33,605 nucleotides of DNA, taken from assembly GCA_046582655.1 (NCBI GenBank), contig JAYGDX010000075.1, positions 1-33,605 of the forward strand. The letters are read 5' to 3'. This DNA is from Candidatus Poribacteria bacterium. Lineage in GTDB: Bacteria; Poribacteria; WGA-4E; UBA9662. A program made the position numbers and the translations under genes. Below, piece after piece: positions 26,026 to 33,605 of the stretch (position 1 is the stretch's first letter; each line of letters opens with the position of its first letter). The notes beneath the pieces were generated by a model. The model did not search any database, was not told where the DNA came from, and worked only from the letters and a program-made list of their open reading frames with translations.

Positions 26026-26261
26026 TCAGCCACATGGCAAATTAACAATGGGGTTGGGTTCACTCCACAACACTGTGGGGGCCGATGTAACAGCCAATTC
26101 AGGGTGTCGGGCAAAAGGGTTGTCTGGTTGTCCTTGAGCCTTTTTAGTTCCCAGACAACTCTTTTGCGTATCAACGAGAAAGTTGATATAATCATATTGG
26201 TTACGTTTTGCTTTCATACCAGACACTATAACCGATTTCTTACACCAATGCGTAATTTCTA
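26026..26261 (-). mobile_element. IS701-family transposase 5' remnant with its left end
   Basis: MKAKRNQYDYINFLVDTQK..QPD / LNWLLHR / TVLWSE in shifted frames matches the IS701 N-terminus; TAGAAATTACGCA (minus strand, 26261-26249) resembles IS701-type ends. Confidence 0.7.
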
Positions 26262-26346
26262 TAAGGGTTAAATCTCTAATAATTACTTATCTTGACGAAC
26301 ATCGTCCCGCCAGTAAAGATACCAGCATATTGCAACGGAGGATAAG

Positions 26347-27540
26347 ATGATGAAAATTACCGATTTGAAATGTACGGTGATTGGACGAAATCCGATTGTC
26401 CGTATTGTCACAGATCAAGGTATTGACGGGTTTGGACAGGTTGAACCATCGAAGCAGTATCTAAAACCACACGTGCTGTTCTACAAGAATTATATTGTTG
26501 GTGAAGATCCAACCGATGTGGAACGGGTTATGATGAAGATTCGCCGATTGGGCAGTTTCAAACCGTGGGGCAGTGCGGTTAGCGCCATTGAGATGGCGTT
26601 GTGGGACATCGCCGGTAAGGCCGCCAACTTGCCGGTATATAAGCTGTTGGGTGGCAAGGTACGCGATAAAGTTTGCGTGTACAACGGTGCTGTACGGTTT
26701 CCGATGAACGGTTGTCAGCCTGAAGATTATGCTGAGAATATGGTGAAAATGAAAGCCTCTCCAGAACGGTTTTCGATTATCAAGCAGGGAGTTGCATTTC
26801 ACGGACAGATGGCTACTCAGGTACCGGACTTTTTTTATGGAGAGATCCAGAGAGGCAGTCATCATGCCAACCGTGGGTTGCTGACTGAACGCGGCATGAA
26901 ACACCTAATTGACTGCATACAAGCCATGAAAGAAGTGTTGGGAGATGAAGTGGGCTTGGCATTGGACTGTGGGCCTGGGTTCACCGTCCCCGATGCCATT
27001 CGGCTGGCGCAGGCTGTAGAACCACTGAATGTAATGTGGCTGGAAGATATGCTGACCGGAGACTATGTACCGTGGGTGGCACCGGATTCTTATCGGGAGG
27101 TAACGCGAAGTACCTCAACACCGATTCACACTGGTGAACAGATCTACTTGCGACAGAATTTTAAGGATCTCATTGAGCAAAAGGCAGTCAATATTATTGG
27201 GCCAGACCCATGTGATATTGGCGGGATCTCGGAATTGAAGTGGGTAGCGGAGTATGCTGACTTACATGGAATTTTAATGGCCCCACATGGTACAGGAGAT
27301 GGGTTGCTGGGGTTGGCAGCTCTAGTACAAGTGGCAGCCACCTTGCCACAGAACTACATTGCTTTTGAATACCCAACTGGCAAACCGGACTGGTGGTATG
27401 ACATCGTGGAAGGGTTACCCAATCCAATTGTGACAGACAGTTTGATTGAGGTCTGGGACCGTCCCGGCATGGGGGTGAATCTTATCCCAGAGGCAACAAA
27501 ACCATATTTAGAAGAAGAAGACACGGATTTTTTTGATTAA
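26347..27540 (+). CDS. Mandelate racemase/muconate lactonizing enzyme family protein (probable acid-sugar dehydratase)
   Basis: SAIEMALWDIAGKAANLPVYKLLGGKVRD; metal ligands in LDCG, WLED and TGEQ; APH; PGMG; GGAGG RBS. Confidence 0.9.
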   Translation: MMKITDLKCTVIGRNPIVRIVTDQGIDGFGQVEPSKQYLKPHVLFYKNYIVGEDPTDVERVMMKIRRLGSFKPWGSAVSAIEMALWDIAGKAANLPVYKLLGGKVRDKVCVYNGAVRFPMNGCQPEDYAENMVKMKASPERFSIIKQGVAFHGQMATQVPDFFYGEIQRGSHHANRGLLTERGMKHLIDCIQAMKEVLGDEVGLALDCGPGFTVPDAIRLAQAVEPLNVMWLEDMLTGDYVPWVAPDSYREVTRSTSTPIHTGEQIYLRQNFKDLIEQKAVNIIGPDPCDIGGISELKWVAEYADLHGILMAPHGTGDGLLGLAALVQVAATLPQNYIAFEYPTGKPDWWYDIVEGLPNPIVTDSLIEVWDRPGMGVNLIPEATKPYLEEEDTDFFD

Positions 27541-27813
27541 ATTAAAATTTGCCACCTTAAAAACAAGGTTGAAAACGGTATTTTGGACAAAAGAACAGCG
27601 GTTCCTTTCAGTCAGCTCAGAGTTGAGTGCCTTCTGGAAAAACTGCTGAATTCTCCGCGTTTGCTGGGATATTTTGCCATCAACATGTGCGTGGCAGAAT
27701 GTCACAAGGAGAACAAAATCGAGAGAACGGTTGCTATGTGGAAAACAATATGCTTCCGTAGATCAGGACAACTGGGCACACAATCGATCGGCACCTGAGT
27801 CTGGAGAAAGACA

Positions 27814-28938
27814 ATGAAAATCACAGGTTTGGAGACAATCCCGATCCAAGGGCGATCCATGATACTAAGGATGTTCACTGACCAAGGGATAATCGGGTAC
27901 GGTGAACCGATGAATTATGAGCACTGGCGCGTTGTCGCGCAAGCAGTGGATGACATGGCTGAATACTTGGTAGGTAAGGATCCCTTGCAGATCGAAGACC
28001 ATTGGCAGACAATGTACCGGTCAAGCTACAGCCGGAGCATGCCTGTACTCGTTGGTGCGCTAAGTGGTATCGAGATGGCAATGTGGGATGTGTTTGGCAA
28101 GGTCGTCGGCATGCCGGTATGGAAGTTACTAGGCGGTTCGGTGCGTCAGCGTATTCGGGTCTATACCGGCATCAGTGGCAACACATCTGAGCAATGTGCG
28201 GGAAGCGCAAAGAAAGCTGTTGAAGCCGGTTTCAGTGCGGTGAAAATGGGGGCTTCAACGCAACCCGTAAGGTTTGTAGATACCGCGAAATCGATCGATA
28301 CAATGGTAACAAGAGTGGCAGCAGTCCGTGAGGCAGTAGGTAATAAGGTGGATATTGCCGTTGATTTACATCGTCGTTTGAGTCCTGCCATGTCAGTAAT
28401 CCTGATTAAGGAACTGGAGCCACTGCATCTCCTGTTCGCGGAAGAGCCTTGTCATCCAGAAAATAACCAACCGTTGTTAAAGCTTTCACAGTCAACTACG
28501 GTACCAATTGCAACTGGAGAACGCCATCTGACGCGGTGGGGATTTCGAGAGGTGATAGAAGGGGAAATGTGCGCGGTCTTGCAGCCTGATATCCGTCACT
28601 GCGGTGGGATACTCGAATTGAAAAAAATTGCCAACATGGCAGAAATTCACAACATGGCACTTGCTCCCCACAATGCTGCAGGTCCTATTGGGGTAGCCGC
28701 TTCGGTACACGTAATGGCTACCGTGCCCAATCTGTTGATTTGCGAAGGCGGACACCAACGTGGAGAAGGATTATTCAAAACACCACTGGTGTTCAAAAAT
28801 GGATTTATCGAACTGCCAACAGCACCAGGACTCGGAGTGGACATGAATGATGAAGCCATTGAGTCAGTTCGCGATGAGACCTTCCGGTTACGTGGAATGT
28901 TTTGGCACCAAGATGATGGTTCATTTGCAGATTTTTAG
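27814..28938 (+). CDS. dgoD: Galactonate dehydratase-like enolase-superfamily enzyme
   Basis: SGIEMAMWDVFGK, VDLHRR, EEP, ATGER, LQPD..HCGGILELKKIANMAE, LAPHN, PGLG, C-terminal DGSFADF; substrate not established. Confidence 0.7.
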   Translation: MKITGLETIPIQGRSMILRMFTDQGIIGYGEPMNYEHWRVVAQAVDDMAEYLVGKDPLQIEDHWQTMYRSSYSRSMPVLVGALSGIEMAMWDVFGKVVGMPVWKLLGGSVRQRIRVYTGISGNTSEQCAGSAKKAVEAGFSAVKMGASTQPVRFVDTAKSIDTMVTRVAAVREAVGNKVDIAVDLHRRLSPAMSVILIKELEPLHLLFAEEPCHPENNQPLLKLSQSTTVPIATGERHLTRWGFREVIEGEMCAVLQPDIRHCGGILELKKIANMAEIHNMALAPHNAAGPIGVAASVHVMATVPNLLICEGGHQRGEGLFKTPLVFKNGFIELPTAPGLGVDMNDEAIESVRDETFRLRGMFWHQDDGSFADF

Positions 28939-29051
28939 GCATAGAATTAAGATTATTTACCACGGACGGTAACATCTTTAACGTACCTTTGAATGCTAAT
29001 TAGAGGTTGAAGGTAAGCAAGGGAAGGTAGGCTTATAATTGCCTCACTTCT

Positions 29052-29447
29052 TTATCCAGAGTTGGAACCAATATTCAATGGTGTAATCTTGACGCGGTCA
29101 ATCTTGAGCAAACCGGCTGTGTTGGTTGAACTGAGATGCCACTTAAGTCTCCAGCGGATGGCAGGAAGAGAAGAAAGACAAAAGACATTTCGTCCATTAT
29201 AGACTTCATACCAAGCTGAACTAGCATTTGGCACACCATCACCATCATGATCAACCTCAATCATCATTCTAGCCCGTTCGCCACCAAAGGTGTATTGTTC
29301 CACATCTGCCATAGTCGAGTCCTGGTTGGCATAATAAGTCGCTGCTACGAAAGTGTTGTCGTTTCTGCGTTTCAGATCACCAGATCCGGTATCCGTTCCT
29401 GGGTGCATCGGACCATGAAGCAACTTCGGCCCGTGCCATGACTTACC
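29052..29447 (-). pseudogene. C-terminal remnant of an unrelated gene (BNR/Asp-box sialidase-like), fused in frame to the DUF6067 fragment
   Basis: YGKSW is the tail of an Asp-box (SxDxGxxW), followed by DTGSGDL..DNTFVAATYY, typical of the last propeller blade. Confidence 0.5.
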
Positions 29448-31697
29448 ATAATTATGCCAGCGTGATAACATGGTGGTGGTAATCGAGGTGTCGAGTGTAC
29501 CGTCGGGGAGCACAGCCGTCCAGGCTGCCACATATCCACTACCTTCACCAGCACCCAAATGATCCAGCATCCATGGATGTCCTCCACCAAGTCCAGGTAC
29601 AAAGACTTCGTCGTCCAGACTGCGTAGAGCCCACATCTCATATACGCGTGTGGACAGCTCCCGCACTGTGTAATAGAGCTTGACGCCTACGTTACGGTTG
29701 TGCATAGATTTAACATACTTCGTCAGCTCATTGGTGGTATGAAATGGGTAGTTGATATAAGGGTTAAGGTCGTTGCCCTGATGCAGGTTGACAACATTTA
29801 CGCCTGCCTGTGTAACAAAATCAGGTGTAGGATAGTGTGCGGATTCGTGATAATAACGGTTTTTCCAATGTTTGTCTGGATCAATAGTCTTAAACGAAGT
29901 TATTAGCAGATTGAAATTGAAGCTCAACGTCTGATCTGTGGTGATAGTTCGCGAGCCGCTGAATGCCCGCAGTAGCACACGGTCGTCAGCCTCATCCACC
30001 GATACACCACCTCGTCCTCGGTTGTGCCATGAAGGAGGTAAATTCATTTCCGTAGGTTGTCCCTCAATGATGATCGGGCGCTGGTAGTTCCGGTCAAACC
30101 ACTGGCACCGAAGTCCGGCATTGACGTCGCCTAGCCAAACGCTATCTTGGTGCAACATTTTGTTCCACTTCCACCTATGCGTGAGCGGGCGGAATCCTCC
30201 CTGACGACCCAGCCCCATCATATACACAGCGACATCGCGATTCATTGGCAACACCAACTGGATATCTCCTATCCGTGTGGTTTGTCTGGTGGTTACGTCC
30301 ATCCGGTACTCGAGGTAGCCATCGCATTCAAGCCGACCTTCGCAGAAAAGTTGCAGGTCACCAACCGTGGACTGCGATTTCCAGCTTACTGCCGCATCAG
30401 TCTTGGAAATGAACTCGACCTTCCCTCCGAGAAACGGCGTCAGTTTACCCGTGCTACTTCTACCAGTAATTCAATGGGGGTAGCCAGCACGTCCCGTGTC
30501 TTATCAACCAGGGACATGTTATCCGGTGCGAATTTACTGCCGATCGAGTCAGGCAAACCGCTAGCCGATAACGTTATCTCTCGACCGAGCAATGTGAGTT
30601 TTTCCTTATCGACTTTCACTGGTGTAAATGGCACGGCTGGCTGATCATCAAGACCAATGGTTGAGTTGAGCCAACGTAGCCGTGCGTGACGCCACAGGTC
30701 GGAGTCGCCCTTATCTATCAGTGGTTGTGACCGCTAACATCCAGTTCTAGCTTGATATGTGATGATCGATCACCTTTAGGCGCGATATTGATGTTCCCGA
30801 GGTATCGCCCTTGAGCCCCAGCAGGAATATGTACACCGATCCACAAAGCTTGTACTGTGTTTTTTTTCACCCGGATGATTTTCTCGAATGGTTGGCCTTT
30901 ACAATCGGTTCCCCCTGTGTTAAAGCAGATGAGGGCAGTTGCCGGAATTACCTACTCCTCGCTATCGACGGGTATTAAATCTTCAAAGATAATTTCGAGG
31001 TCCTCAATCTCCTGTTTGACTGCAAAGACCCCAACTTGAAAAGTGTAAAATTCGCCGGGTGCAGCAAGACCTTCGAATCGTCCAGTTGGGCCTCTTTGTA
31101 CCCAATGCGTGGGGATAGATTCCTTCATTCGTATCGGCAGTTTTCGGTCTTCGGGAAAGAGCAAGTAAGACCGATCAGTATGTTCGGAGATCAGTTGCTG
31201 TATCTCGGTAGCCGTGGCAATGCGCTCCATAACGGTGAACTCATCAAACTTGCGAGCCGCCTCAAAACGCACAAACGTTACCTGTGGCAAACGTTGCCAG
31301 TTTTTGCTCGGTAATGTGGAGAGTTGATGTGATCCACCCGCTGCTGGTTGACCTTTGACACAGTTGGATACGGTGCACGATAGTAGACGTAATAATCTCC
31401 CGGTCCGGTAATGGGCTCGAAAGCAATATTGCCCTGATCCCTACTTAGGGCAATAACTATGACATTGTTTACAACTTGGCCTGTGGCTGCATCAACGACT
31501 GTCACTCCCCGCACACCCCGCGGACAACGCCAAGGTAAATTGACCCGGACAACCGGTTGATAACAGTCGACTTGGATCACTGCGCGATGATTTCCGAGCT
31601 CGCTTGGGAAACCTGAATATGGCAGATCGGCTTGGAAGTTATCAATACCTTCGGGCTGCATAATTTTATCTTCTTGGTCGACTTTCTCTTCTTACAC
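29448..31697 (-). pseudogene. Fragmented DUF6067-like glycoside hydrolase domain gene, 3' truncated
   Basis: Collinear fragments: LGNHRAVI..LPWR, GEFYTFQVGVFA, CFNTGG, WRHARLRWLNSTIG, NLPPSWHN, NLHQGNDLNPYINYPF, KLYYTVRELS, SRWHNY. Broken by a TAA at codon 2 (GTG at 31697 after GAGGA), a TAG at 30952 and several frameshifts. Confidence 0.8.
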
Positions 31698-31975
31698 TAT
31701 TATTTCCTCATTATTTAAATAAAGAGGATTTCTTTATAAAGCAGTAACTCGCCATCCAGTAAACTGTGCTTAAGTCTTAAATAAAAAAACAAAATTACGC
31801 CTCAGCAGGAAATTAACAGAGAAAAATCTAATTTGATTAATTACAGTGCTTGTTTTAAGAAAATGTCGTTACCTTAGATTGGATAAGTTTATAATATCAT
31901 ATATGTAGGTATATTCCATTAACAGAAAAACTTATAGGTTTCGAAATACGCTGACTTGTAAAAGCCTAAATAATG

Positions 31976-31991
31976 TTTCAAACAGATTCTA
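31976..31991. repeat. Solitary copy of the IS5 terminal inverted repeat
   Basis: TTTCAAACAGATTCTA is the exact reverse complement of 25147-25162. Confidence 0.7.
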
Positions 31992-32153
31992 TTAATCCTC
32001 TTACATATTTAAAGTAGTAATACTCACTAAATTCCTAGCTGGGAGACAGCTAAGTCTTTGAAATATGTAACTCAATAATCTTCGAACTTCTGTTTCTTTG
32101 ACTCATGCCAGAAGGTATATTTAATTACTCGGAAAATTAAGGATTTAAAGAAT

Positions 32154-32966
32154 ATGGAAGTTTCTTTGGAAGAGCTTAAAAAAAATAAGCTGAATTCAGA
32201 AAATTTGGATATTGCCATACGTACGTTGAATGAGGTCGGTTATGTTATACTCGAAGAAATCCTCCCCATAAACCTAATGAAAGATATCCGTTCTTCCCTC
32301 GAAGAAAGGAACAATCAAAACGATGAAGCAGTCACCTTGATGTCTATGCCGTTCTTAGACCCACGAATTATTGATAACTCATTGGCCATACAGATCATCG
32401 AGGCAACCATGGGCAACAAGTTCTTTTCTTCCTTACCATATGGCTTCAATACCACGAGACGGGACGCACTATATGGGACAATTGATGGAGGAGAGTCCGA
32501 TACGCAGTGGATTCATCGTGACTCTGGTCAACTTTTCCCAGGATTCCCAATTGCACTTCCCGTCTCGAAAATCGTAGTCAATATCCCGCTTGTGGATTTT
32601 ACTGCCGAGAATGGATGCACTGAGTTATGGCCTGGGTCTCACCTCATTGTTGATCCACCAATAGACGTGAATGATCCTTATCATGCCTATCATGTTTGTA
32701 GTGAAGAAAGAGCTGCCGCACTACCCTCTATCCGCCTAATCATGCCAGCAGGTTCAGTCATTGTAAGGGATATGCGTTGTTGGCATCGGGCAATGCCTAA
32801 CCATACAGATGAAACCCGTACCATGATAGCTATCGTCTACCTTCATCAATTTCACAATACCATGGGAGATCACGGCGTTTTTAGATCGGGTATCCCTGAG
32901 GAAATGTGGGACCAAATGTCAGACCGAGTCCAGAGTGTCTATCGATTTCATTCAGTTACCAAATAA
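32154..32966 (+). CDS. Phytanoyl-CoA dioxygenase (PhyH) family Fe(II)/2-oxoglutarate dioxygenase
   Basis: GYVILE, QWIHRD (HxD), NIPLVDFTAENGCTELWPGSH, AGSVIVRD, WHRAMPN..R. Confidence 0.92.
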   Translation: MEVSLEELKKNKLNSENLDIAIRTLNEVGYVILEEILPINLMKDIRSSLEERNNQNDEAVTLMSMPFLDPRIIDNSLAIQIIEATMGNKFFSSLPYGFNTTRRDALYGTIDGGESDTQWIHRDSGQLFPGFPIALPVSKIVVNIPLVDFTAENGCTELWPGSHLIVDPPIDVNDPYHAYHVCSEERAAALPSIRLIMPAGSVIVRDMRCWHRAMPNHTDETRTMIAIVYLHQFHNTMGDHGVFRSGIPEEMWDQMSDRVQSVYRFHSVTK

Positions 32967-33133
32967 TGATAATCAACCAACTTTTGCATGACCAGTCACA
33001 TTAACGTTTGCATACTTTGCTCAATGCATTGCCGAGGGAGATCAGCCTATCGTATCCTGACACAATAGGCTGCGAAATATGCAAATCGTTTCAGCCGCAT
33101 ATAAGTCAGCTGAAATAAAAAAGTGATTTCAGT

Positions 33134-33204
33134 GTAACATATTGTTACGTTTTAACTAATGTTACGCAGCCTTTATTTAAACGTGTGTCATATTGTTACG
33201 TTTT
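33134..33204. promoter_or_regulatory. Repeat/operator array upstream of the groES promoter
   Basis: Palindrome GTAACA-TAT-TGTTAC (33134-33148); 16-bp direct repeat CATATTGTTACGTTTT at 33138 and 33189; TGTTACG at 33143, 33160 and 33194. Confidence 0.7.
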
Positions 33205-33206
33205 TC

Positions 33207-33235
33207 TTGACAAATGGGGCCGTTTAAGATAGAAT
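33207..33235 (+). promoter_or_regulatory. Sigma-70 promoter for groES
   Basis: TTGACA-17 bp-TAGAAT. Confidence 0.85.
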
Positions 33236-33344
33236 TCACAATCTAAGCCATTTGCTGAAATACAGCAGATTTAGTAAACGGTTAGATGAAGTTCCTTTCA
33301 TCATAGATACCAAAACAACATCAAAGACTAGGAGAAAAGATTCT

Positions 33345-33605
33345 ATGGCAATTCAACCCCTCGGAGACAGAATTCTGGTTGAGCGGCTTGATGAAGACGA
33401 GCAAACTACCAGTGGCGGCATTATCATTCCCGATACTGCCAAAGAGAAGCCATCAGAAGGCGTTGTCAAGGCTGTTGGGCCAGGTGCACGCGGTGACGAC
33501 GGCGAACGCCAACCAGTCGATATGTCCGAAGGCGACAAAGTTTTATTCGGAAAATTTGCTGGAACCGAAGTTACATATGAAGATACCGAGTATCTCATCA
33601 TGCGT
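33345..33605 (+). CDS. groES: Co-chaperonin GroES, 3' truncated by the window (absent from the ORF track)
   Basis: [74 protein letters not shown]. Confidence 0.98.
   Translation, partial: MAIQPLGDRILVERLDEDEQTTSGGIIIPDTAKEKPSEGVVKAVGPGARGDDGERQPVDMSEGDKVLFGKFAGTEVTYEDTEYLIMR

Noticed and set aside
25489..26195. Short ORFs 25489-25683, 25898-26137 and 25962-26195 as real genes
   Set aside because: They overlap decayed IS5/IS701 sequence and a gene stub; no coherent product
27541..27813. Spacer between the two enolases, with 65-71 aa ORFs
   Set aside because: No RBS, motif or convincing RNA structure; may be a gene remnant, but I could not identify it
29448..31697. Programmed frameshifting or stop-codon recoding to explain the broken hydrolase
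   Set aside because: Lesions are numerous and mixed (TAA, TAG, frameshifts, 3' deletion), while neighbouring genes use the standard code; decay is the simpler explanation
33043..33072. Stem-loop CAGCCTAT...ATAGGCTG downstream of phyH as a terminator or REP element
   Set aside because: No U-tract on either strand and only one copy in the window; function unsupported
33353..33601. 82-aa minus-strand ORF in the track
   Set aside because: Antisense shadow of groES, which the track missed because it has no stop inside the window

Overview
Bacterial chromosomal window, about 33.6 kb. The gene content (TonB-anchored DUF4159 protein, PhyH dioxygenase, several enolase-superfamily dehydratases, diderm envelope genes) suggests a marine diderm such as Ca. 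Poribacteria, but that is inference only. Positions 1-23183 look like core genome: secretin C-terminus, a GH-A-like protein, an MFS transporter, a long minus-strand run (vWA/BatA, coaE, alaS, DUF948, YtxH, larB, LON-N, pgsA-like, two unknowns), a kdgK-like kinase, a CsgG-like lipoprotein, a stand-alone divergent EF-G, GT9, a lipoprotein, the DUF4159 protein, argD and a LolA/LolB-like lipoprotein. Positions 23201-33000 form an accessory, partly decayed region: a HExxH protein, a tandem-domain GGCT, a degenerate IS5 element with both TIRs and a TTA duplication, an IS701 remnant, an esterase remnant, two enolase-family dehydratases, a shattered DUF6067-like glycoside hydrolase fused to another gene, and PhyH. 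groES starts at the right edge. The best candidate for an undescribed system is a self-contained sigma-54 unit (19168-20945): two tandem NtrC-like palindromes, a -24/-12 promoter with exact GG-N10-GC spacing, a gene with a TonB-type SxxxH anchor and Pro-rich arm ending in DUF4159, and a strong terminator. Also notable are a non-CIRCE repeat array at the groES promoter and a lone exact IS5 TIR copy 6.8 kb from the element. No rRNA, tRNA or CRISPR array was seen. All family assignments are from motif recognition by eye; no searches were run.
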